Positions 1 to 14,029 of a stretch of 64,000 bases of DNA are shown here, piece by piece. The DNA is from the human T2T-CHM13v2.0 reference genome, Homo sapiens, in the NCBI RefSeq assembly GCF_009914755.1, contig NC_060931.1. One strand, given 5' to 3'. Within the stretch, counting starts at the first letter, position 1; every line of letters begins with the position of its first letter. The translations under genes and the position numbers were made by a program. The notes beneath the pieces are model-generated. The model was not told the origin of the DNA, ran no database searches, and was given only the letters and a program-made list of their open reading frames with translations.

Positions 1-220
1 GCTAACATGGTGAAACCCCATCTCTACTGAAAAATACAAAAAATTAGTCGGGCGTAGCGGCGGGCGCCGGTAGTCCCAGCTACTCGGGAGGCTGAGGCAG
101 GAGAATGGCATTAACCCAGGAGGCGGAGCTTGCAGTGAGCTGAGGATCATGCTACTGCACTCCAGCCTGGGCGACAGAGTGAGACTCCCTCTCAAAAACA
201 ACAACAACAACAACAACAAC
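1..220 (+). mobile_element. AluY-like element, 5' part outside window, (CAA)n tail
   Basis: Alu right-arm sequence GGAGGCTGAGGCAGGAGAATGGC...CCAGCCTGGGCGACAGAG, then a CAA-rich tail; (TG)n follows at 236-261. Confidence 0.9.
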
Positions 221-710
221 AAAAATTTAAAAAAATGTGTGTGTGTGTGTGTGTGTGTGTGTATACATATATATACTTTTTTTTTTTTTTTAAAGAATGA
301 GAAAGGAACTAGAACAAGCAGAGAGAAAAAGCCCAGGGGCACGACAGCTAAAGGATGACTAATGGAAGTTGAAAATAGGAAGCTGAAAGGTACAGAAATA
401 CTGCGGGAAGACAAACTACAAATTATGTGGAGAAAGACAAGAATAAGAACAGTTCCCAGAGGTCTGAACACAGCACATTATGTCTTCTTGCTATACAGTG
501 GCCACCAAACTTGTCAATACTGTAGGCAAATGCTAGTGTCATTGCTTGTGGCTAAGCAGAAATTTTGACACTTGGGAAGGTTGGCATGAGATTGAACAGT
601 TGCCATGGTGACCTGCCATAGATATTTTGATTGATGATGAGTAGACACAAAGTGCCAATGCTTAAGACCTAGCTTCAGATACTTAGGATTTAGTGGAGAG
701 GCTGTTTTGA

Positions 711-1021
<311 letters not shown>

Positions 1022-1190
1022 TGACTATTTCTGACATCTGACTTAGGCTGCACAGGAGGTGGGGTTTCTTGACAGGGAGGAGCTAATGTAGGGACTGTGA
1101 TGTGCCAGGCTATTTGGGTTGGGGTGGAGAAACCACAGAGAGACAGACATAAGCTCTCTCCCTTATTTATAGGACATACCTACTGGTCCT

Positions 1191-1627
1191 GCCCTAGGCC
1201 CCAGATTCTTTGTTAGTGGCCTTTTCTACTGGGAGCAGGTGGGGCATTCCAGTTTCAGGTGTTCTGGGACCTGGCTTGAAGTTTTTCACTGATGGCTGCA
1301 TCATTAGGCTCGCTCTTTTGCCCTTTCCTCAGTTCCTGTCTTTTTTTCACTTTCAGTCACCTAGAAACGACAATATCCAATCAGAAGTTGAGAATGAGAC
1401 AAGTTTGGGAAGACATTGAGGAATGTCTCATATTGTGGTATTGATAAATCTAGAGATGGGGCCACAGCTTGCTTATAGCTGCTTAGAGTAAAATGATTAA
1501 TCAGAAAAAGTAATTTCCAAGGATTTGTAGTCAGTCTGCCTGAGGCTAATACATTTATTCACAGCAAAATATCTGCTGCCTAAAATGACTCTGCAAGTTA
1601 CCCCTACAATACCAGCTACTCAGAGTG
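1191..1627 (+). pseudogene. Decayed TRBV relic (leader, intron, V remnant, heptamer-like)
   Basis: Leader-like end GTGGCCTTTTCTACTGGGAGCAG|GT at 1238/1239; TGGTAT near 1436; D-S-A-S-Y codons from 1587; CAGAGTG at 1621-1627. Confidence 0.6.
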
Positions 1628-2989
1628 ATGCAATCACCTGGTTGCAATAGGAAATTATCCTGGCTTCAGTTATCTAGTAGAACAGGTGTACATATCAATC
1701 TTAGAGCTCTTGAGAAGACCCAGTAGCCCCAGACCCGTGCAATTATATTATAAGCACTCAAGTAACTTCTCAGCTAAAGGAAGAATGATGAAGCAGGAAA
1801 GAGAGAAAAATGATTTGTATTTTTTGTGGTTAACTTGCTTAGAAATTTTAGGGAGGATAAACTCAATCTTGACTAATAGGAAATTTAATTAATTTAGAGA
1901 GTTATTAAATAATAGCTCCTCCACATCAGGGACTATGATAAATGTTATTAACAACACAAAGAAGAATAAGACTTTCCCTTCTAGGAACATACCATTTAGT
2001 GGGAAGAAAGACAGACAGATACACACACACATACACACACACATGCACATACACTTAAACAGAAGTGGTAGAGGCTGAGGGAAATCCCATAAGATAGACA
2101 TAAAGAAAGTGCTCCATTTGCTCAGAGTTAGAGGTGAAAACCAAGAATATTGGCAGAAAAGAATGTTTTAAAGCAACTTTGAATGATTCTTCCAATGATA
2201 TTGGAATTAGAAAATGAAGGTTTAGGCAGAGTGGGGAGCAGGACAGTCACTGAAGTGGGAAGGCACACATGGGCTCAGCAAAACCGGAGCACAGTGTAAT
2301 ATCATTAGGGGTGAAGTCAAGAAAAGTAGCTTAAAATTAAGCCATAGAGAATCCAAAGATTTTAAATTTTCTTTTGATTTCAAAAATGATCTTTTCATAT
2401 TATTGAGCCAGAAAATAATTAAGTCATCTATATATTAGACAAAGTTGTCAAAAGCAACTAAATGGAGGGATGTTAAAATGGGAAAGAAAAAAGCTAGCAC
2501 ATTTAACCTATAGCTAACAATACTGTATTATACACTTAAAAATGTGTTAGCAGGGTAAGTCTCATAGCACAAACAATAAAATAAATTTCTTAAAGAAAAA
2601 GTTAACTATTGGAATAGCCTAGACAAGAAATTATGAGGCTTTGAACTGAAACAACAGGAACAGAATTTGAAAGAGGAGAATAAACCCTTGGGATACAGAA
2701 TGAACAAAATTTTAACACTGTCTGCTGTAAAAAGTGAGGGAGATCAGAGGGATTAAGGTGACCCTTGGATTTCAAGAATAAAAATATGGCCAACAAATCC
2801 AGGGAACACAGATGAAAGAGAATATTCAATAAAGAAGACATACAAATTCAAATGGGGTCATTCTGAAATTGTGGCACATTTGAGATATCCTCATATCTAT
2901 CCTTATAATCAAAACAAACTCACTATCTGCTCATTCTATGACCAGTGACCTCACTCACTGCTGCCTTATACTTCAGGGCTTACACGTAG

Positions 2990-3005
2990 ACACACACACA
3001 CACAG

Positions 3006-3036
<31 letters not shown>
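2990..3036. repeat. (CA)n microsatellite
   Basis: Visible CA run. Confidence 0.95.
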
Positions 3037-3040
<4 letters not shown>

Positions 3041-3262
3041 GAAAAGTAGCTTAAAATTAGACCATAGAGAATCTAAAATTTTAAAATTTAGAACAGATCT
3101 TCATCTGAGCCAGGAACCATTCATCTATGGCTTCTGTCATTTAATAGAATAAACAAAATCTGCATATGAATCCATGCAGAACTCCAAGTTCAGCATGGTT
3201 TCTCACTGTTCTCAGAGCTGGTACCTGAAGCTGCAGGTGTGCATTCTCTGCCACACTCTGTA

Positions 3263-3316
3263 ATGGATGAGTGGAAATTCTTCCATAAAGCTTTTGTCTA
3301 TTGGGAGCAGGTAAGT
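3263..3316 (+). pseudogene. Orphan TRBV-like leader exon
   Basis: ATG at 3263 ... TTTTGTCTATTGGGAGCAG|GTAAGT; 48 nt against the usual 49-nt TRBV leader. Confidence 0.55.
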
Positions 3317-4384
3317 CTAGGCAAAGTATGCACAATTTTTTTTTCTGGGATACCCAGTGGAAAAAAATAGAAAAGCATCATTTTTAAAGTACTGAAAGAA
3401 AAAAAGTCAACCTGAAACAACCTCATTCTAGCCAGGGAAATTAGTCATTTCAAGAAAATAAGAGACAATCAGACTAGAAAGGAAGATATAAAACAATCTC
3501 TAACTACAGTTGACACTTGACATAATCTTGTATATAGAAAATATGAATTCTCATACACATACACATGTACACAGACAACTCCACTAGATTTAATAGGCAA
3601 GCTCAGCAAGGTGCAGAATAAAAGATTGATACCAAAAGTTCTATTGTATGTCTGTATGTTAGCAATGATATGAAAATGAAATTAAGAGCAGAATTATGTG
3701 TATAATTCCAACAAAATAATAAAATATCTTGGCATAAATTAAACAACAACAAAAAAAAAAAACAGAAAAGACTTGTGGGCTGAAAGGTGCAAAATATTGT
3801 TGAAATTAAAGACCTAATAGAAAGATACTCCATGTTCATGGGTTGGAGGGCTTAACATTGTTAAGTGGCAACACTCCCCAAATTGATTTATAGATTCATC
3901 TCTGTCAAAATTTCAAAATTCTAGTTGTATTTTTTTTTTGGAAACTGATAAACCAAAGTAAAAATTCATATGGAAGTCCCAAGTACCAAGATCAGCCAAA
4001 ACAATGTTGTAAAAGTAGAAAAAATGTTGGGCAACTCACACTTCACAATTTCAAAGCTTATTACTAAACTACATTATTCAAAACAGTATGGTTCTGGAAC
4101 AGGATAAACATATAAATCAATGGAATAGAATTGAGAACCCTCAAATAAATTCATAAATTTATGGGCAATTAATTTTAGACAAGAGTGCCAGCCAAGACCA
4201 TTCAATGGGGAAAGAATGGTAAATGGTACCAGGAAAACTGTGTATGTATGTGTAAAAGAGTGAAGTTGTATCTTGTCTCATACCATAAACAAAAAATAAC
4301 TCAAAATGAATTAAAGACCTAAATGTAGAAGCTAAAACTCTTGGAAGAAGGCATAGGTATACATCTTTGTGACCTTGGTGTGTA

Positions 4385-5093
4385 TGTAACCAGCAGCAAA
4401 TCCATATGGGTCTGCAGTAAACTCAATTCTAGCTCCTAGGAGGAGAGAATTTGGCCAAGGGGCAGAAAGAAGTTTAAGGCAGAGGAAAAGACCCGGGCAA
4501 GTTTTAGAGTAGTAGTAAAAGGAAGCAAAGTATACTTGGAAGAGGGCCAAGCGGGTGACCTGAGAGACCTAAGGGCCCTGTTTAGCCCTTGACTTAGGGT
4601 TTTACACATCACCATGGTTCTAGGGTTTGTGTTTCTCCTCCCTTGATGTTTTCACCTTGGGGCAAGCTGTCTGTGTGCTCAGTGGCCTGCCAGCACTTGG
4701 GAGGGGCTGCTCATGTAGTGTTCTTACTGGAGTTGCGCACATGCTCACTTGAGGCATTTTTCCCTTACCAGTGGGGTGTTCCTAGAGTCATATGTTAGTT
4801 AAACTCCGTCATTTAGCCTCTGTGCACATGCTTGAGCCCACTCGCCCAACTCCAGAGATCTTATCGGGAAGCTGCTGATTACAAGCTCCAGATGTTTTTT
4901 TATCTATGTGGAAACTGTCTTTCCCGGATGCTGGTTGTGACTAATTATCATCTTTGAGAGACAGTTTAACAACCACCTGACCATCACCTGATGATCACCT
5001 GACATTCTGGAGTGTGTGTGGTGGGGGTCGGGGGGAGGGGGGAGAGGGGGTCTCTTCTCGTGCCCTCTTCATATCTGCCTACCTATTCTAACA
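4385..5093 (-). mobile_element. ERV1 (MER4-group) solo LTR
   Basis: TG...CA termini, near-identical 4-bp flanks TGTA/GGTA; subfamily uncertain. Confidence 0.6.
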
Positions 5094-6459
5094 GGTATAC
5101 ATGAAGCAGATTCGCTGTGCACTGTTACTAATTCCAGGGGATTGTGTTAATTTTCCAGGGAGAAATGCATGAAGGATAGTGGAGGTCATCACCATGCCAA
5201 CCACCACTTCACAGCCCACTGCATCTTGAACTGCAATTTCCATCACTTGCCTGATTCATATAACAAGTTGAGCAAAGCAAATTTATTACTCACAGACAGG
5301 CAGCAAAGGACAGTAGAAGCTTAGGATTCATGGTGAGTTTGTCTCTCAAGGCTCAGAAAAACTACACAGGATGGATAGAATCTTGCCTGCATATGCCTCA
5401 TGTTGCATTGCAGCTGAGTGGCTCTGAAAGTGCACTCTGTCCTGGGTTTTAAACCCAGGGGCTACATTTAATGGGTTAAAGCACTGTGGGACATCCTGTT
5501 CCAGGAGAGACAAGAACAGAGGCCAGGATTTTCCTGCCAGTTCCTCATTATCACAGGATGTGGTATTGCTAGCACATCCTACAGTTATTCTTAAGAACTA
5601 TAAAAGAGAAAAGGGAGATCCACATTGCCAAGGCCATCCAGGGACTTATCCTTCAGAGTAGGCAGTGACTTCTTAAATATGAAACTCAAAACACAGGCAA
5701 CCAAAGAAAAAGATAAATTTGACTTAATAACATTTTTTAAAGTCTGTGCTTCAAAGGACACTTTCAAGAAAGACAACCCCAAAATGGATATATACTTGCA
5801 AATCATATATCTCACAGGGAATTGTATCAAGGATATATAAAGAACTCTTACAACTCAATAATATAAAGACAAATAACCTAATTTAAAAATGAGAAAGGAT
5901 CTAAACATGTCTCCAGAGAAGATCTGCAAATGGCCAAAAAATACATGAAAGATGCTCAGCATCATTAGTCGTTAGTGAAATGCAAATCAAAATCACAATG
6001 AGATACCACTTCACACCCAGTAGGCTGTAATAAAGATACCCAGACAATAGCAGGTGTAGGCATAGATGTGAGGAAATTGGGACCCTCAAGAATTGCTGGT
6101 GCCATTGTGTAAAACAGTCCAGCAGTTACTCAAAAGTTAAACATAGAATGACCATGTAACCCAGCCATCCCTCTCCTAGGTATACCCCTCAGACAATAAA
6201 AAATATGTTCACGTAAAAAATTTATACACACACTTCAAACAGTATTATTCATATTACTCAAAAAGTGGAAATATCCATCAATTGATGAGTGGATTAACTA
6301 AATAGGTTTTATTTCTAAAATAAAACTGGTGATAAAAAGGAACAAAGCACTGATACATGCTATACCATGGATGAACATTGAAAAGCTATATAAAGTGAAG
6401 AAGGCAGGCACAAAGGGGCACATATTGTTGGACTTCATTTATATAAAATGTCTAGAATA

Positions 6460-6770
<311 letters not shown>

Positions 6771-7297
6771 TTAAAGACGGAAAATAGATTAATGATTGCC
6801 ATGGGCTGTGGGAAGGAATAAAAGTGAAATGACATCTAATGATAAAGAATTTCTTTCTGGGGTGATAGAAATATTCTGGAATTCATGGTGACAGTTACAG
6901 CTTTGTGAATATACTAAAAACCACTTAATTATATATTTGAAAGGGTGGATGTTATGGTATGCAAATTATATTTCAATTTTAAAGAAAATGTCAACACTCA
7001 ACATGAAAATATTCAAAATTACAGCTCCAACATCAGAATAAAGACTATATTTTTGGATCTCTAGGATTCTGATATGAGTAAGACCATGAGTCATTATTAT
7101 TTGGACACTAAATGTTAACATGATCTTATTTATTATTCAAGTCATACACCTAACTCCTCTGGGGTGCCTATCCAATGGAGTGAGATTGTGCCTTGTTTCC
7201 TGTATCTTTCTTTCACTACTCCTGGGACAAAGTAGACTTTCACATAATTTTTATTCAATGCTGCAGGATGAGAAAGGACAGAAAAATGGGAGGAAGA

Positions 7298-7733
<436 letters not shown>

Positions 7734-8049
7734 TTATATTGAAAATTCAAGTGGAATAAGTGAAGGTGACAAAAGTGAATTACAAATCTTAAAGTTCCCT
7801 GAAAATGCTTGAAGCCATCCCTTAGCTGAGGTGTGGGAGTGAAAAAGCAAACTGAGACAATGTGAAATCATTTTCTATCTCGAATTTTCCCTCCAGCAAT
7901 GTTGGTGTCCACTTCCCTGTCTCTTAATGGGTGCATCTATATATCACCTCTTGTCAATACCTCTACTCAGCAACAGCCAGAAAATAGAAAGATTATATAA
8001 GCCAATAAAAGGAAAATAAAGGAACAAAAAATAAGAATAGTGGAGAGAT

Positions 8050-8340
8050 CATCTACTTGGGAGGCTGAGGTGGGGAGGATTGCTTGAGCCCAGGAATTTG
8101 GGACCAGCCTGGGCAAACAGCAAGACCCCATTTATGAAAAAAATGAATAACATTATCTGGGTATGGTGGCTTGTAGTCCTAGCTACTTAGGAGGCTGAGA
8201 TGAAGGACTCACTTGACTGATCCTAGGAGATTGAGGCTGTAATGAGATATGATTGCACTGCTGCACTCCAGCCTGGGCAGCGGAGCTAGATCCAGTCTTG
8301 AAAAAAAAAGAAAAAAAAGGTGAAGAGGGAAAAAAAAGAA
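8050..8340 (+). mobile_element. Old AluJ
   Basis: Diverged Alu with GGATTGCTTGAGCCCAGGA. Confidence 0.8.
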
Positions 8341-8482
8341 CGAGTAATAGAGGTGCTTACTTCACAACACTAACCTCACAAACACACACTAAGCTAGGTT
8401 GTGTGTATAGGTCAGAACAAAAGATCTACCATTTAACTGACATATAAGATTGGTTCTCGAAACCATAGGACCCACTGGAAAT

Positions 8483-8492
8483 GGTGACCTCA
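8483..8492 (+). promoter_or_regulatory. TRBV promoter decamer/CRE-like motif of TRBV18
   Basis: GGTGACCTCA about 110 nt before the ATG; resembles the Vbeta decamer AGTGAYRTCA. Confidence 0.6.
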
Positions 8493-8598
8493 CAGGAAGA
8501 TGCATCTTGTAGGAGGCAGCTGTGAGGTCTGGTTCCCCGACGTGCTGCAGCAAGTGCCTTTGCCCTGCCTGTGGGCTCCCTCCATGGCCAACTCTGCT

Positions 8599-9218
8599 AT
8601 GGACACCAGAGTACTCTGCTGTGCGGTCATCTGTCTTCTGGGGGCAGGTGAGTTTTCAGCTAAAGGATCACCATCACTGGGCTTTGTTTTGGGCTCTACA
8701 GCAGATTCTCAAATATACCCTGGACCTCTGTGTTGACCAAATATTTTGTAAAAAGGTATTGACATTTATATGAAAACAAATAATTGCATTATGGAGTAAA
8801 AAGCAAAATTCATGTGAGTTTTTAAATGAACGCAGGAGACTTCAAACAGGCTCCTTCACTGTAAGACATTCATCCTTCTGCCATTACAACTCTGTCTCAT
8901 GCAGTCTCTTCTCCTCTGAGGTCTCTCAAATGCCGGCGTCATGCAGAACCCAAGACACCTGGTCAGGAGGAGGGGACAGGAGGCAAGACTGAGATGCAGC
9001 CCAATGAAAGGACACAGTCATGTTTACTGGTATCGGCAGCTCCCAGAGGAAGGTCTGAAATTCATGGTTTATCTCCAGAAAGAAAATATCATAGATGAGT
9101 CAGGAATGCCAAAGGAACGATTTTCTGCTGAATTTCCCAAAGAGGGCCCCAGCATCCTGAGGATCCAGCAGGTAGTGCGAGGAGATTCGGCAGCTTATTT
9201 CTGTGCCAGCTCACCACC
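8599..9218 (+). CDS. TRBV18: TCR beta variable 18 (exon1 8599-8647, exon2 8921-9218)
   Basis: [31 protein letters not shown]...CSPMKGHSHVYWYRQ...YFCASSP; GT/AG intron; RSS follows. Confidence 0.97.
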
Positions 9219-9257
9219 CACATTGATGCAGAGCCACATCCTCTCAGTCCACAAACA
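9219..9257 (+). other. 23-RSS of TRBV18
   Basis: CACATTG + 23 nt + CCACAAACA. Confidence 0.92.
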
Positions 9258-9667
9258 TCCTCCAGACCTGCCTTGGAAACAGCGGTGGGCCAGGAAGGGA
9301 AACGCGTTACCTGTACAGTGAACAGGTCAGCTCTACGGTATTCTGCAAGTTGAGGGTGGAAATAGGGGAGGATTGTAGGAATAGCATGAAACATCCCAGG
9401 CTACGCTCAGAAACTAAGACTCTGTCATCCAAAGAACATAAAGATTTTTAAGAACTAGACATAATTTTTCAGTTTCAACATTGACTTAATTTGTCAGTTT
9501 CAAAACACTTAGCAGTGTAACTCTGTTTTTTACTCCACACTGTATGTCAAGTTCTATATTTCATGCTTTACATCAATAATTTTATTTAATCACCAAGACA
9601 CACAAGCAAAGGAAGTGCTTTCTTCCTTTTCACCAAGAGAAATTATGGTCCTAGGAGTTAATTTTTA

Positions 9668-9780
9668 GAAAGAAAGAGACAGAGAGATGGGGGAAGAAAG
9701 GGGAGGGGAGGGGACAGGAGGAGAAGGGAAGGGAGGGGAAGGGAGGGGAGGGGAGGGGAGGGGAGGGAAGGGAGAAGGAA
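9668..9780. repeat. Polypurine (GGGGA/GGGAA)n tract
   Basis: Visible low-complexity purine run. Confidence 0.9.
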
Positions 9781-11859
9781 ACCTAGTAGGTGGCAAAAAG
9801 CATTTGGCTCAAAGGGTTATGATTTTTATCTCACATCATGCTGCTTAGCATTCTTTTAGGCATAATCCTTGTTCTGTTCCTTGCTGAGTACCCGTGCAGG
9901 TTTTTACGGATGCTAGGTTCAAGAATTCCTGCTATAAAATTATAGAACATCTGAGAGATGATGGAAATAGAGTTGGATAAATTTGTCTAGAATTTAGGGA
10001 AAAGGTCTGGCCCACAGATATTGTTCATTAGAAATGTGTCACCTCAACTTTTTGTCTTAATGTTTGTTTTTATTCTCATCACTCAACAGATATAGGCCAC
10101 CTACAGAAAAAGATTTGTTATAATTTGCTTTGATGAAACAATTTCATAAAATCAAAAGGCAGACAAAAGCAAAGTCATTTCAAATATATGTGCAGACTAA
10201 GTCCAGCCTCACCAGCTTGGAGTATAAACCATGTGATTCCACTGCAGTTTTTGCCCTTTGATTTTCTAAAATCATTTAATGTACTCCTGCCCCTCCCTCA
10301 CTTTACCCAAAAGGAGAAAAACCCAGAAAATCTTCCAGGAAGACAGAAGAGGGACACCGGCTTGGGAGCCTGAGAAAGATCCAGAGAGATTTCCAGAAAA
10401 AGACCAACCCTGAGACCCCAGCAAGGCTGCAGAGAAGATGGATTCCAAACTTCATGCCATTTAAAGCACCAGACATGTAATTTAAAGAAACAGTCTTCCA
10501 AAGGTAGTGCTTTACAGGGAGGGGAAAAAAAGGCAAAGAGGAAGAAAGAGGGTCTTCTGGCAATTCAATAGTGAGGAGAAAAAGAGGAAAAAGGGGAAAA
10601 CTGAGAATTCTGCAAAACAAAAGGAAATCACAAATCAAGAGGACCCACAACCAGCCCCACTACGAAAACAAACAAAGCTCACTAAGGAGTCTGGATTTTG
10701 CTAGAATGATGGCCAAAGGAACATTAGACTAGGAATTTTGTAAAACACCTCAATAACACGAAAATGAGCAAGATGAAAGTAATACCCGTACAACAAAGGA
10801 AAACATCTCACCTCTGTTCCCTGTTCCCTCATCTCAAAAGCAATCATGAGTCAGAAGATAATGTAAGTCTACACTCCAAACAGAAATAAATACACTCAAG
10901 GAAGCAGCTGAGGATATAAGTGACCATAACCAGACCAGGACTTTAAAAACTCAGACTACAAATGGCCAAAATGGGAAGACATCAGAAAAAAACACAAATT
11001 GATTGAACCCAGGAGGGACATGAAAGAAAAAGACAAAGTTATCCCAGTCATGCAAAATAAAAGATGACCAAGGGAGAATAAACCCAAATGAAAATTTAGT
11101 CAGGACATTGAACAAAGGCAAAGAAACAAGTAGCAGAATGAGAAGGACATGAGTGAAACCAGCCAGTTAGAAGGCGGTCAAAGAAGGCGAGGTCTTGGTA
11201 TGATTGCATGAGGGGCCTGGAACAGCAGCACTGGGCTCTGTGCAGCAGGACGGCTAAGCAGCAGGTTGTCACAGTGGCCACAGCACTACTGGCCAGACCC
11301 CAGGAGTCACAGTTTCCCTGAGAGAGCTGAGGGCATAAACAATGATAAGTTCTCCAGGGGATGGACTTCTTAAATACTCTGAGTTCATCATTACACATTC
11401 TATGCATGTAGCAAAATACCACAGGCACCCACAAATAGGTACACATATTATGTATCAATGTTTTTTTAAAAAAAGGAAAAATAAATGAATTCCACATTCT
11501 TGTATAATCAGAGTATCTACAGCGCTCCTGGAGTAACCCAAACCTTATGGTTGCTGGAAAGATAAAAAACCAATGGGCCAATTGGGGTGAAACTCTGGCC
11601 CGGAAACGTGGGGTGCCAGCCCCCTCAGCACAGATGCAATGCAGAGTTATGGGAGGTGCGAATGACTCTGCTCTCTGTCCTGTCTCCTCATCTGCAAAAT
11701 TAGGAAGCCTGTCTTGATTATCTCCAGGAACCTCCCACCTCTTCATTCCAGCCTCTGACAAACTCTGCACATTAGGCCAGGAGAAGCCCCCGAGCCAAGT
11801 CTCTTTTCTCATTCTCTTCCAACAAGTGCTTGGAGCTCCAAGAAGGCCCCCTTTGCACT

Positions 11860-12335
11860 ATGAGCAACCAGGTGCTCTGCTGTGTGGTCCTTTGTTTCCT
11901 GGGAGCAAGTGAGTCCTGGGTTCAGGGAGAAAATTCCTATCTGGAGTGCTGCAAGTTCCAAATCTAAGGCCTCCCCGAGGGACAGCAGCATCAGGCGCCT
12001 CCCTGGGCTGTACTCAGGCATGCCTCTCTTTCTTTTCCAGACACCGTGGATGGTGGAATCACTCAGTCCCCAAAGTACCTGTTCAGAAAGGAAGGACAGA
12101 ATGTGACCCTGAGTTGTGAACAGAATTTGAACCACGATGCCATGTACTGGTACCGACAGGACCCAGGGCAAGGGCTGAGATTGATCTACTACTCACAGAT
12201 AGTAAATGACTTTCAGAAAGGAGATATAGCTGAAGGGTACAGCGTCTCTCGGGAGAAGAAGGAATCCTTTCCTCTCACTGTGACATCGGCCCAAAAGAAC
12301 CCGACAGCTTTCTATCTCTGTGCCAGTAGTATAGA
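11860..12335 (+). CDS. TRBV19: TCR beta variable 19 (exon1 11860-11908, exon2 12041-12335)
   Basis: [31 protein letters not shown]...[15 protein letters not shown]...YLCASSI. Confidence 0.98.
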
Positions 12336-12374
12336 CACAGTGAAGCACGGATGTCGCCTCTCTGTGCATAAATG
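12336..12374 (+). other. 23-RSS of TRBV19
   Basis: CACAGTG + 23 nt + GCATAAATG. Confidence 0.95.
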
Positions 12375-12392
12375 TGCCCAGTCCTGCTTCCC

Positions 12393-12406
12393 CGACCAGG
12401 TGGCAG
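12393..12406 (+). promoter_or_regulatory. CTCF-like motif just 3' of the TRBV19 RSS
   Basis: CGACCAGGTGGCAG against the core CCASYAGRKGGCRS. Confidence 0.55.
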
Positions 12407-12643
12407 GGCTCCTCTGCACTCTATGATGGCAGGAAACGCCACTCAGCCACTAAGCAGGTTTAAAAAACTGTATATAACTAAAACTCTATATATAAACTAT
12501 GCATATAAAACTAAACTATATATGTATACATTTATATATAACTAAAACTTTATATGAGACTAAAATGATAGTTTTATATAGTTTTTTAAAGTATAGTTTT
12601 ATATATATATAACTATATATATATATCATTTTTTAAACTATAG

Positions 12644-12972
<329 letters not shown>

Positions 12973-14029
12973 TAGTTATTTTTAAAAACTATATAAAAGT
13001 TTTTGTATAGCCACTTAGTGGCTGAGTGAAGTTTCCTGTCATATATGATATAGATATAGATATGTTTATATATGATATAGATACAGATATGTTATATATA
13101 TGTTATATGTTGTATATAAGATATATACATATAGAGAGAGTCAGAGAGACACAGAGAAGAAGGAAAAGTTAATCTTACAACCCCCAGCTTTTTTCTATTT
13201 TACCGAATGCTAGATGAATAGATGGATGAATGAATAGAAATGAATGAATGAATAGAAAATTTTCCCTTCTTTCAGGAAGATAAAAAAGCCTGTGGAAAGA
13301 GAGATGTAGAAGACAAACCCTGTAATCACAATTTCATATGACGCGTGCTTTAATGAGAGACGTTAGTGGAGTATAGGAAGTAACACAGCCAATTCTGTCT
13401 GGTGACATCAGGAAGGGCGTCAAACAGAAAGCAAATTTTGAGATGAAAGTTATTATTCAAATTTCACCAGATGGGCAAGTAGGATTTCACCAGATGGGCA
13501 AGCACCAAAAGAGGGAGGCAGGCTAAGGGAACTATGAAAGGAAAGAGTGATGAGATAATACCAGGAAAAAAATTATCAACACTCCCTCCTCCACCGGAAT
13601 ATGGCAATGGAGGAAAATTTGGACAAATGAATGGAGTCAAGTTATTGAACAAAACTGAGTTTCTTGTTCTAGTGGTCCTTCATTGGATATCTGTGTAGAA
13701 ACATCCAAGAGGCTCCGTAAGTGCAGGTCTGGCACTTAGAAGAGAGGGTTGGGCTTGAGAGAAATGTTTGAGTGATAGTTAAGCACACAGGTGTGAGTAA
13801 AACTTCCCAGGTGATCTTGTCTTCTATGCTTTCTCTCTTTATGCTCTGCCACCTATGCCTTGAATTAGAAGGTAAGTGGTGTAAGTGGTGTTATTTCTTA
13901 TGTTGACTTACACATGTCTATTTGATCATATAATTACATTTCTGGAAATTGATGTTTCTATGTTATTCTTCAAATACAACTAAAACTGCTGGTTGAAAAT
14001 TTTTGTAAAATATTGTCAGAAGCATCAAA

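Noticed and set aside
2290-2328. CACAGTG + 23 nt + AGAAAAGTA as a cryptic RSS
   Set aside because: Poor nonamer (5/9) and no V-like sequence upstream; chance heptamers are expected in 64 kb
11096-11812. 238-aa minus-strand ORF upstream of TRBV19
   Set aside because: No recognisable domain; it runs through an L1 3'UTR fragment and promoter DNA, so it is probably a chance ORF
13461-13502. Tandem duplication of ATTTCACCAGATGGGCAAG (a similar short one at ~36347-36385)
   Set aside because: Two-copy slippage events; no array or spacer structure, so not CRISPR-like
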